DNA of 31,524 nt from a bacterium (GTDB lineage: Bacteria > SZUA-182 > DTGQ01 > JAFGSM01), in assembly GCA_049472355.1 (NCBI GenBank), contig JBLIRP010000044.1, positions 1 to 31,524 on the forward strand, read 5' to 3'. Below the pieces are notes generated by a model. The model worked only from the letters and a program-made list of their open reading frames with translations. It had not been told where the DNA came from and ran no database searches. Shown one piece after another: positions 16,210-24,722 of this stretch. Position 1 is the stretch's first letter, and every line of letters begins with the position of its first letter. Made by a program: the position numbers and the translations under genes.

Positions 16210-17751
16210 ATGCTTTACTTACAACAGAGCCTGGGAATAGATTTCCGCGAGGACACGCTTCGCGTGGTGTTGCTGGGCAGGGCATTCAACCGCGTCGTTT
16301 TGGTGGACTATCTCATCAAGCGCTATCCGACCGTGACGGATAAGGCACGGGAAGGGGATGTGGTCGGTGAAATGGTGGCGGACCTCAAGTCCTTCCTGGC
16401 ACGAAACACTCGCCCGCCCGAGGTGATTCTGGGACTCCCCAGGGACAAGGTCATCCTCAGGGAGGTGAATCTGCCGATTCTGGCCCCCGAGGAGTTGAAG
16501 GAGCTCATATCCTATGAGATCGAACGGCACATTCCGCTCCCCTCCCAGGAGGTATACTATGATTACAAGATCATGGGAAAGGTATCCGAATCGAAACAGA
16601 AAATCATCCTGGGGCTTATTCGCAAGGAGGATCTCGATTTCTATCTCATGATCATGGAAAGGGCGGATCTCATCCCCACCCTGGCCACCCCGGTGACCTT
16701 TGCCTTGCAGGATTGTCCTGCCTGCGAGGACCTGGATGACCGGACCCTTGGCCTCCTGGTTGATTTTGGTGAAAGGGAATTCGAGCTTGACCTCGTTCGA
16801 GGAAACAAGGTCCTGTTCAGCAGAAGCATCCCGGTGAAGGAGGGGAGGCTTGATGATGATTTCATCATGGATCAAGGGACCCGCACCGAAGAACCCGCGG
16901 CCACGGATGAAGCGCCTTCGCCGATCGACATGCAGACAAGAACCCTCGGCTCCGGATTGCTCACTACCGTCGGACAATGGCTGAGGGCAACCGATCCCCC
17001 GTTGACCGACCCCCTGAAGCGGGTCATCCTGACCGGTATCAACACCTACGACTATCCCTATCTGGCAGACTATTTTCATGAACAGGCGGGGATCGAGGTG
17101 CTCATACCCAACCCGTTTCAGGGATTGACGGATAAAAAGATACCCGGACGGATCGCTTCCGCCCTTGCCCTGGCAACGGGTCTGTCTGCAAAGGGGCTCA
17201 AGGAAAGGTTTATCGATGTCAATCTTCTCCCGCCGGAGATGCGGGTACGAAAAAAATCCCATGCATTCGGCATGGCCCTTATTCTCATCTCATTATTGTT
17301 TTTACTCCTGACATCGACCGTGTATACCGGTTTCGGAAAGGACAACCGGTTTTATCTTCCGAAACGGATGAAGCTCAATAAGGTGCTCACCGCCTCTCAG
17401 GATCTCCAGGATCAGGTGCAGGAGGTAAAGGATCTCACCCTGAGGATCGAGCAGGTTTCTCAGGAGACCCGCAAGATACAGGACTTGATGAATTCCCGCG
17501 TAAGCAAGCTGGAAATCCTGAAGGAGTTGAGTGTGCTCATACCGGAGGACGCCTGGTTGGACAGGATTACGATCGCGAATGACGGCATCGAGATCAACGG
17601 ATATGCCGATTCTTCATCGATTCTCATCGGCACCCTCGAGGATTCCCCCCTGTTTGAGAATGTCATCTTCCCCTCCACCATTACCAAGAGGGGCGGGGAG
17701 AAGGAGCGGTTCAGGATAAAGGCCGATATCCAAAAGGGGTTGAGCGAATGA
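16210..17751 (+). CDS. gspL: GspL-like protein (PilM-like cytoplasmic domain + TM + PilN-like periplasmic domain)
   Basis: SLGIDF, IERHIP, VNLLPPE, one TM, IPEDAWL, LEDSPLFENV, and operon position. Confidence 0.8.
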   Translation: MLYLQQSLGIDFREDTLRVVLLGRAFNRVVLVDYLIKRYPTVTDKAREGDVVGEMVADLKSFLARNTRPPEVILGLPRDKVILREVNLPILAPEELKELISYEIERHIPLPSQEVYYDYKIMGKVSESKQKIILGLIRKEDLDFYLMIMERADLIPTLATPVTFALQDCPACEDLDDRTLGLLVDFGEREFELDLVRGNKVLFSRSIPVKEGRLDDDFIMDQGTRTEEPAATDEAPSPIDMQTRTLGSGLLTTVGQWLRATDPPLTDPLKRVILTGINTYDYPYLADYFHEQAGIEVLIPNPFQGLTDKKIPGRIASALALATGLSAKGLKERFIDVNLLPPEMRVRKKSHAFGMALILISLLFLLLTSTVYTGFGKDNRFYLPKRMKLNKVLTASQDLQDQVQEVKDLTLRIEQVSQETRKIQDLMNSRVSKLEILKELSVLIPEDAWLDRITIANDGIEINGYADSSSILIGTLEDSPLFENVIFPSTITKRGGEKERFRIKADIQKGLSE

Positions 17752-18314
17752 GCCCTGCGAAACTCGGCAAAAAGATGTGGATTATACTGGGTGTTGTTCT
17801 CGGCGGCGTGGTGCTCTATTTTGCGCTTGTATTCCCGTTCATCCTCAACAGGGAGGTGAGCCAGAAGCTGGAGATCGAGGAACAACGGTATAACAACTAT
17901 CGCAGGCTGATCAGCCAGATGCCTGAAAAGGAGGCGAGCCTCAACCAATTAGTGAGCACGAAACAGGAGTTTGGCAGCAGGCTGATGGCGCCGGATAAAC
18001 CGCCCGTGGTCGCGGCGCGTCTCCAGAATATCCTCAAGGAGATGGCGGCAGATGAAGGGGTGGACATCATCAGTGAAAAACAGTTGGACATCGTTGATCG
18101 AAGCCCGTTCATCGAGGTCCCGGTGGAGATAACCCTGAAGTGCAGCATTACGAAGCTGACCAACCTGATCTATGCCATTGAGGATTTTGATAAATTTTTG
18201 GATATTTCGAAGATGAATATTCGGGTGATCAACATCAGGAACCCGATCGATGTCAGGGCCGATCTGACCATATCCGGTTTTATCGTCGCACAGGATATTT
18301 CAAGGGAGGGTTGA
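17748..18314 (+). CDS. gspM: GspM/PilO-like protein
   Basis: N-terminal TM, coiled coil, ferredoxin-like C-terminal domain, and position after gspL. Confidence 0.75.
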   Translation: MSPAKLGKKMWIILGVVLGGVVLYFALVFPFILNREVSQKLEIEEQRYNNYRRLISQMPEKEASLNQLVSTKQEFGSRLMAPDKPPVVAARLQNILKEMAADEGVDIISEKQLDIVDRSPFIEVPVEITLKCSITKLTNLIYAIEDFDKFLDISKMNIRVINIRNPIDVRADLTISGFIVAQDISREG

Positions 18315-19300
18315 TGTTCCGAAAGATTTTTTTGATAAATGCGGGCCTCTTTGTCATCGTGCTGTTGCTTTCCTATAACCTGTATAAGATCTGGTCCCAG
18401 GTGGCAGTGGATATCAAATCCGCCCCCGGTACCGTTGAAGAGCCGCAAAGGCCCGAAACATCCCTTTCACCGGAGGACGTTGGCCCCGATTATGCACCAT
18501 CCTCACGCATGAGCTATGCACCGATTATCGAAAAGGACCTGTTCAGACCTGAGCGTGAGGAGTGGCAACCCCCTCCCCCCCCTGAAGAGGAGGAAACCGA
18601 GGTCAAACAGGCGGCCCCCTTTCCCCAGTATCCCGGACAGCCCCCTCAACCTGAAATAAAGAGGCCGGACCTTTTCGGCATCATTATCATTGGTGAATCG
18701 AAACGGTATGCGATCATGCAGGGCTGGGGCAGGGAGGAACAACAGGAGAGAACGAGAAAGATTCGTCTGGCCGACGGACAGATACGGGAGGTGCCGTTAC
18801 CGATGCTCCCGGGTCAGCTAAAACAAGACAAGGTCACTGCATATCGTATCGGAGATTATATTTCAGAGGCTCAACTGGTGGAGATCCAACCCGATAAGGT
18901 GGTTTTGGAAAAGGATGACGGAGAGCGGTATGAGATCCTTTTGAGAGAGCCGACAAAATTGGATATATGGAAGCTTTCATCCGGAGACGAAGAGATGCCG
19001 GAATACCCCGGGATGGCCCCGGGCCAGTTCCCCATGCCCCAATTTCCCGGCGGCCAGCCGATACCCATGCAGCCGGGAATCCCGGTATATCCCTATATGC
19101 CCGCGTATCCCATACCTCAGCAAGGATTTGTGCCGCCGGGAGTCATGCCTCAAGGCAGACCAGTTGCTCCTCCGTCTCCGCAAGCTCCGAATTTGCCGCA
19201 GCCTACGCAACGAAATTTCCCGAGTCCGCCCGGATTTCCCCCTGCAGGGATTTCCATCCCTCCGGGGCAGCCACCTTACCCCGGACCATTCAGACGATGA
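18314..19300 (+). CDS. gspC: GspC-like (XpsC/XpsN-position) protein with Pro-rich tail
   Basis: N-terminal TM, DLFRPER, HR-like LFGIIIIG..YRIGD..LVEIQPDKVVL, long Pro/Gln/aromatic tail, directly before the secretin. Confidence 0.65.
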   Translation: MFRKIFLINAGLFVIVLLLSYNLYKIWSQVAVDIKSAPGTVEEPQRPETSLSPEDVGPDYAPSSRMSYAPIIEKDLFRPEREEWQPPPPPEEEETEVKQAAPFPQYPGQPPQPEIKRPDLFGIIIIGESKRYAIMQGWGREEQQERTRKIRLADGQIREVPLPMLPGQLKQDKVTAYRIGDYISEAQLVEIQPDKVVLEKDDGERYEILLREPTKLDIWKLSSGDEEMPEYPGMAPGQFPMPQFPGGQPIPMQPGIPVYPYMPAYPIPQQGFVPPGVMPQGRPVAPPSPQAPNLPQPTQRNFPSPPGFPPAGISIPPGQPPYPGPFRR

Positions 19301-19322
19301 TCTCGAACGGAGGAACCAATAT

Positions 19323-21392
19323 ATGAAATATCTGATCAGATTGCTCCTTTTACCCTGTATATTTCTGTGGCTGACTGCATGTGCAATACTGCCGAAAAGG
19401 GGTACACAGCCGAAGCCCGAGACACAGCCCATGATGGCCGGCGTGGAAACCTCTCGAAGGCGGATTGCTTCATCCGAGGACCAGGCGGCCACCGGAGAGG
19501 GAAAAGGGGCCCGGAGACGTCCGCTTATACTGACGGATATTGAAGAGGTTCCCGAAGCGAAGGAGAAGAAGGCGGAGGCACCCCGAAAGGCTGGGGCTGA
19601 AGGTATTGCGAAGCAGGGGAGTATCTCCATATTTGAACCGTATGATCCTGAAAAGGCCCGGCAGGAGGCGCTGCGAGAAGGAGGGGAGACGCTGCCCAAG
19701 GAGATACGGGAAGAGCTCCTCGGAGTGACGGAGGAGGAATACGTCACCCTCAATTTCGAGCAGGCGCCGATCGCCCAGATCCTCAACGCGGTCAGTGAAA
19801 CCCTGGGCATGAATTTCATCATGTCCCCCGGCGCCAAGGGCACCATAACCATGCAGACCTCAAAACCGGTGCCTGCATCGGAGCTCTTTCAGATCCTGCA
19901 ATCGGTGCTCGAGGTGAATGGCCTGACCCTCGTCCCCTCGGGAAGATACTTTAAGCTGGTGGCGGGCAAGGAGGCAAAACAGTATCCCATAAAGGTGGTT
20001 TCCGGCAAGGAGGGCGAGCAGCTTCCCCCTGAGGATACCTTCATCACCCAGATCATTCCGCTTGACTACATACCGGTCAAGGACATGCAAAACATCCTGC
20101 AGCCCTTTTTGTCCAAGTCCGCACCGCCGGTGATCACGCACGAGGACCTGAACATCCTCATCATCAATGATTTTGCCTCGAACATCAAGCGCCTGCTGAA
20201 ATTCGTCCAGGAACTGGACAAGCCGCTCTACCAGCCAAAGGAAAAGGTTTACGTATACTACGTGGAAAACGGGGACGCGGACAAATTGGCCAGCACCCTC
20301 AGCAGCATATATAAGGATCAGGATAAATCGAAGTGGTCTCCCTTCTCGCCTCTTACCGGTGAGAAGCAGCAACAGCCTCCGACCCAGCCGGAACCCCAGC
20401 AGATCGTCCAGACCCCCTTCGGTCCCATGGTGGCACCCGAGCAGGTAAGCGGAGAGGTCAGGATCACCGCGGACAAGGAGATCAATGCCCTCATCATTGT
20501 CACCTCCCCGCGGAATTATCCCTCGGTGCTCGAAACGATAAAAAAACTGGATATCATGCCCAAACAGGCATTGATCGAGGCGCTGATCGTGGACGTCACC
20601 CTGACGGACAGGACTGAGTTCGGACTCGGATGGTATCTGAAGGGACATGAACAGTCACTGGGTGCCAATATGGCGCAGGTAGATCTCTCCACCTCGGTCG
20701 GTCCGGAGAGCTTTTCCGATATCTTCGGATACAAATTGATCACCGACAGCAGGCACTTCGTCGCCTTCATGAAACAGCTCAATGAGATCACCAATCTCAA
20801 CGTGATGTCCAGCCCCTACATTATGGCACTGGACAACCAGAAGGCCACCATCAACATTACCCGCCAGTATCCGGTGCCCAGGGAGAGGGAGATCACCAGC
20901 GTCACCGGCATCCCGCAGATTGAAAGGACCTACGATTACAAGGAGGTCGGGCTGAAGCTGGATGTCACCCCCAAGATCAACGAGAGCAACCTGCTCACCC
21001 TGGAGATAAAGCAGGAGGTGAGTGAGTTTGCCGAGGAATATAAGGACACCGGACAGGGGATTTACAACAAACGGGAGGCAACCTCCAAGGTCGTGATCAG
21101 CGACGGTCAGACCATCGTCATCGGAGGGCTCATTCAGAACAAGGTGAGCAAATCGAAAACCGGTATACCCTTCTTCTCAGACATACCGGTGGTCGGGAAA
21201 CTGTTCGGCGGAACAAGGGATGTGGTGGAGAAGACGGAGTTGCTCATCTTCATGACCCCTCATGTGGTCACCACCCAGGAGGAGGTGGAGAAGCTGACCA
21301 CCGATTTTGAGGTCAAGGTGGAGTCCCTGAAAAAGATGCTGGAAGAATTCAGGGAAGGAGAAAAACAGAGGGATCAGGCAAAGGGTGAATGA
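19323..21392 (+). CDS. gspD: Type II secretion secretin GspD (lipoprotein)
   Basis: GGAGG RBS, lipobox LTAC, N0 VTLNFEQAPI, N-domains, secretin core VGLKLDVTPKIN, GQTIVIGGLI, GIPFFSDIPVVGKLF, ELLIFMTPHV. Confidence 0.95.
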   Translation: MKYLIRLLLLPCIFLWLTACAILPKRGTQPKPETQPMMAGVETSRRRIASSEDQAATGEGKGARRRPLILTDIEEVPEAKEKKAEAPRKAGAEGIAKQGSISIFEPYDPEKARQEALREGGETLPKEIREELLGVTEEEYVTLNFEQAPIAQILNAVSETLGMNFIMSPGAKGTITMQTSKPVPASELFQILQSVLEVNGLTLVPSGRYFKLVAGKEAKQYPIKVVSGKEGEQLPPEDTFITQIIPLDYIPVKDMQNILQPFLSKSAPPVITHEDLNILIINDFASNIKRLLKFVQELDKPLYQPKEKVYVYYVENGDADKLASTLSSIYKDQDKSKWSPFSPLTGEKQQQPPTQPEPQQIVQTPFGPMVAPEQVSGEVRITADKEINALIIVTSPRNYPSVLETIKKLDIMPKQALIEALIVDVTLTDRTEFGLGWYLKGHEQSLGANMAQVDLSTSVGPESFSDIFGYKLITDSRHFVAFMKQLNEITNLNVMSSPYIMALDNQKATINITRQYPVPREREITSVTGIPQIERTYDYKEVGLKLDVTPKINESNLLTLEIKQEVSEFAEEYKDTGQGIYNKREATSKVVISDGQTIVIGGLIQNKVSKSKTGIPFFSDIPVVGKLFGGTRDVVEKTELLIFMTPHVVTTQEEVEKLTTDFEVKVESLKKMLEEFREGEKQRDQAKGE

Positions 21393-21465
21393 ATTTATGT
21401 GCATTGATTGTGTGATACAATAACGTCGACCTCACCTAATGGATTCGAGACGAACCTGCTCTGCG

Positions 21466-22494
21466 CTACCACAAACCGGGCTGCATTCCTGAGGGGGCGA
21501 TGTTGAAGTGACTGTATGCGAGCTGGGTGGCAACCCTTCCCCGTGGCGTCCGATGCAGGTATCCCTCCTGGATGAGGTAGGGTTCATACACCTCTTCGAT
21601 GGTGTCGCGTTCCTCGTTGATTGATGCGGAAAGGGTTTCAACCCCTACCGGCCCGCCCTTGAATTTCTGAATGATGGTGAGGAGAAGTTTCCGGTCCATC
21701 TTATCAAATCCCTTTTCGTCCACCTCAAGGACGTTTAATGCCTCGTCGGCTACCTCCCTGGTGATGACGCCGTCTGCCTTTACCTGGGCATAATCCCTGA
21801 CCCTCTTCAGGAGACGATTTGCGATCCTTGGTGTACCGCGTGATCTGCAGGAGATCTCGATTGCACCCTTTTCTTTGATGGGGACATTCAGAATGGCGGC
21901 TGACCGCTTGACGATCATGCAGAGTTCTTCAGGGGTGTAGAATTCCAGCCTGCATATGACGCCGAACCGGTCCCTCAGGGGTGAGGTGAGGAGCCCCGCC
22001 CTGGTGGTGGCGCCGATGAGGGTGAAGCGGGGAAGATCGATGCGTATGGTGCGGGCGCTGGGTCCCTGGCCGATAATGAGGTCCAGCTTGAATTCCTCCA
22101 TTGCGGGGTAGAGGATCTCTTCTACGGTGTGATTGAGGCGGTGGATTTCATCGATAAACAGGATGTCATGACACTGAAGGTTTGAGAGGATGGCAGCCAG
22201 GTCTCCCGCCCGCTCGATGGCGGGACCGGTGGTGGTCTTTATGGATGCCCCCATTTCCCGGGCGATGATATAGGCAAGGGACGTCTTCCCGATTCCGGGA
22301 GGTCCATGAAACAGGCTGTGGTCAAGCGATTCGCCCCTCCTTTTCGCCGCCTCGATGAATATGGCGAGGTTCTCCTTGACCGTTTGCTGCCCGATGTATT
22401 CATCGAAATTCTTCGGGCGCAGCGTATAATCAAGACCCAGGTCCTCTTCCCGGAATGTGGTGCCTATCAGGCGATCATCACTACCTTCTTGCAT
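21466..22494 (-). CDS. ruvB: Holliday junction branch-migration helicase RuvB
   Basis: [45 protein letters not shown]. Confidence 0.97.
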   Translation of the reverse strand: MQEGSDDRLIGTTFREEDLGLDYTLRPKNFDEYIGQQTVKENLAIFIEAAKRRGESLDHSLFHGPPGIGKTSLAYIIAREMGASIKTTTGPAIERAGDLAAILSNLQCHDILFIDEIHRLNHTVEEILYPAMEEFKLDLIIGQGPSARTIRIDLPRFTLIGATTRAGLLTSPLRDRFGVICRLEFYTPEELCMIVKRSAAILNVPIKEKGAIEISCRSRGTPRIANRLLKRVRDYAQVKADGVITREVADEALNVLEVDEKGFDKMDRKLLLTIIQKFKGGPVGVETLSASINEERDTIEEVYEPYLIQEGYLHRTPRGRVATQLAYSHFNIAPSGMQPGLW

Positions 22495-22551
22495 GCGGTC
22501 TCTTCACCCTTTCTCTATACCTTACAGCGTCAAAAATTGATTTTTTTTATC

Positions 22552-22728
22552 TGAAAATCCCCCAGGATCTTCATGCTTCCTTGTGAGCCGAAGTCTCATG
22601 AGCGTTTCACTTCTACATTCTACATTCGATATTCGCAGTTTCATCCGGCTCATGAGCGTTTCACTTGAAAATCTCTATTGAAATCTTCATGCTTCTTTGA
22701 GCCGACGAAGTCGGCATGGGTGTTTCAC
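22552..22728. repeat. Cluster of nested intergenic repeats (REP/MITE-like remnants)
   Basis: Two ~60-bp copies TGAAAATC..ATCTTCATGCTTC..TGAGCCGA..CATG..GTTTCAC (22552-22610, 22666-22728). Exact 18-mer CTCATGAGCGTTTCACTT at 22595 and 22649. Heptamers TTCTACA-TTCTACA-TTCGATA. Hairpin GCCGAC-GAA-GTCGGC. Confidence 0.75.
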
Positions 22729-22850
22729 CACAGGGAAAACAGGGTTACCATCACCGGCTGGTTCCGACGATTGATTGTATGGTAGTCCATTGCAGGGCAT
22801 AATGCAACTTGCATCCCTGCCTTCATAAACGGGAAAGATACAGTAAGCCC

Positions 22851-23462
22851 TCATCGTGTAATCAGGTCCAGGGAGTGCTTGATGACATCACCCAGGGTCA
22901 GGGGATCGTCGGATTGTCGGGTAAGGCAGGATCGTACGGTTTTTTCCGCCTTGTTCTTCGGGTATCCCAGGTTGACCAGGGCTGAAACGGCATCCGCAAA
23001 CAGGGAATTCCTGTCGGCAGGGGGGACTCCCTGAGGTATGACCGGTGCCTGGGTATCCTGGCGGGCGATCTTATCCCTGAGCTCGATGATGAGACGTTGC
23101 GCCGTCTTTTCGCCGATGCCGGGTATCGCATTGATCCTGCATGAATCTGCATGCACAATCGCGGACTTGAGATCGGTAACGGAGAGCTTTGAGAGGATGT
23201 TTCTGGCAAGCTTGGGCCCGATCTTGCTCACGCTGATGAGGTGTTGAAAAACCGCTCGCTCCTCTTCGGTAAGGAATCCGTATAGTTGCAGGATGTCCTC
23301 GCGAACATGCGTGTAGGTGAACAGGGTGGTTTGGGTTCCACAGTCTGGAAGTTCATAAAAGGTGTAGAGGGTGATAAAGAGCCCATAGCCCACGCCGTGG
23401 ACATCCAGCACGATGTATTCCGGCGATTTATAACTGAGCGTCCCTGTAAGATGCGCGATCAT
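22851..23462 (-). CDS. ruvA: Holliday junction DNA-binding protein RuvA
   Basis: MIAHLTG, DVHGVGY, LYGF, IGPKLA, IPGIGEKTAQR, ALVNLGY. Confidence 0.96.
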   Translation of the reverse strand: MIAHLTGTLSYKSPEYIVLDVHGVGYGLFITLYTFYELPDCGTQTTLFTYTHVREDILQLYGFLTEEERAVFQHLISVSKIGPKLARNILSKLSVTDLKSAIVHADSCRINAIPGIGEKTAQRLIIELRDKIARQDTQAPVIPQGVPPADRNSLFADAVSALVNLGYPKNKAEKTVRSCLTRQSDDPLTLGDVIKHSLDLITR

Positions 23463-23967
23463 CCGCCTGTGTTATCCTGTTATGGTGCATGTGAACGTGA
23501 CAGATGGCAACGCCTATGGCGTCGGTGGCATCGAGGGGGTATTGTTTGATAGCGGAGCGGAGGAGGTGAGGGAGCATTGACCGCACCTGCTCCTTGCTTG
23601 CCGCGCCGTATCCCACCACCGCCTTTTTCATCTCCCTGGGACTGTACTCGAAAACGGGTATATCGAAGCGGGATACGGTCAGGAGGAGTGCGCCCCGTAT
23701 ATGCCCCAGAAGAAGGGCGGATCGAGCGTTTTGCGCCATGAAGGTCTCTTCCACTGCGGCTTCGTCGGGGTGATAGCCCGTGAGCACCTCTTCAAGACGG
23801 GAGCAAATCGCCTTCAAACGAAGGGAAAGCGGGGATGAGCCGGAGGTGCGAAAGGTCCCGCAGTGTGCCAACCGGTACCCCTCATGCTCGATGCGAAGAA
23901 GGCAATAGCCCGTGCAATTGAGCCCAGGGTCGAGCCCCAGGACGGAATAGGAAAGGGTTTCCGCCAT
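23428..23967 (-). CDS. ruvC: Crossover junction endodeoxyribonuclease RuvC
   Basis: LGLDPG, AVEETF, EYSP..KKAVVGYG.ASKEQV, DATDAIGVAICH. Confidence 0.95.
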   Translation of the reverse strand: MAETLSYSVLGLDPGLNCTGYCLLRIEHEGYRLAHCGTFRTSGSSPLSLRLKAICSRLEEVLTGYHPDEAAVEETFMAQNARSALLLGHIRGALLLTVSRFDIPVFEYSPREMKKAVVGYGAASKEQVRSMLPHLLRSAIKQYPLDATDAIGVAICHVHMHHNRITQADDRASYRDAQL

Positions 23968-24710
23968 TACATGGAATTCATTACATCTTCGTCGATATCG
24001 AAGTTTGCGTAAACATTCTGCACATCATCATGATCCTCCAGGGAGTCCATCATCTTGAGCATCTGTATTGCGTGTTTCCCTTCGAGCTTGATGGTGGATT
24101 GGGGAATCATGGTAACCGAGGCCTCCACTATGGGGAAGCCTGCCCGCTCGAGGGCCTCCTTGACAGGCTCCATTGACTCCGGCTCGGTGGTGACCTCGTA
24201 GTTTTTGTCCTCCCGCGTTATATCCTCGGCGCCTGCATCGAGTGCCACCTCCATCAACCGATCCTCGTTCACCTTTTCCGCGGGGAGTATGATGAGCCCT
24301 TTTTTATTGAACATCCACGCGACACAGCCTGTCTCGCCCAAATTGCCGTTGTGCTTGGAAAAGATATGCCTGATATCGGCAACCGTACGATTCTTGTTAT
24401 CGGTGAATACCTCCACCATCAGTGCAACGCCCCCCGGACCATACCCCTCGTAGGTCACCTCCTCATAGTGGACCCCGGGAAGTTCCCCGGTCCCCTTCTT
24501 GATTGCCCTCGTGATATTATCGTTGGGCATATTGACGGCCTTGGCATTTAGAAGCGCCGATCTCAGACGCGGATTTCCTGTGGGATCACCGCCACCGAGC
24601 CTGGCGGCCACCGTGATCTCTTTGATTACCTTGCTGAACGCCTTTCCCTTTTTGGCATCCACTGCGGCCTTTTTATGCTTGATGGAGTGCCATTTCGAAT
24701 GACCTGACAT
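23967..24710 (-). CDS. yebC: YebC/PmpR-family protein
   Basis: [31 protein letters not shown]. Conserved yebC-ruvC-ruvA-ruvB order. Confidence 0.96.
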   Translation of the reverse strand: MSGHSKWHSIKHKKAAVDAKKGKAFSKVIKEITVAARLGGGDPTGNPRLRSALLNAKAVNMPNDNITRAIKKGTGELPGVHYEEVTYEGYGPGGVALMVEVFTDNKNRTVADIRHIFSKHNGNLGETGCVAWMFNKKGLIILPAEKVNEDRLMEVALDAGAEDITREDKNYEVTTEPESMEPVKEALERAGFPIVEASVTMIPQSTIKLEGKHAIQMLKMMDSLEDHDDVQNVYANFDIDEDVMNSM

Positions 24711-24722
24711 ACCCGTCTCCTT

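Noticed and set aside
10287..17262. Long antisense ORFs over the T2SS genes (e.g. 10287-11342, 11629-12906, 13102-14322, 15088-16206, 16219-17262)
   Set aside because: Shadow ORFs expected opposite GC-rich coding sequence, with no recognisable motifs.
9609..21392. Type IV pilus operon
   Set aside because: GspG and GspK signatures, a GspD-type N0 domain and the absence of pilT indicate a T2SS despite the PilM/N/O-like L and M subunits.
22552..22728. CRISPR array
   Set aside because: Repeats are degenerate, nested and irregularly spaced, and no cas genes are present in the window.
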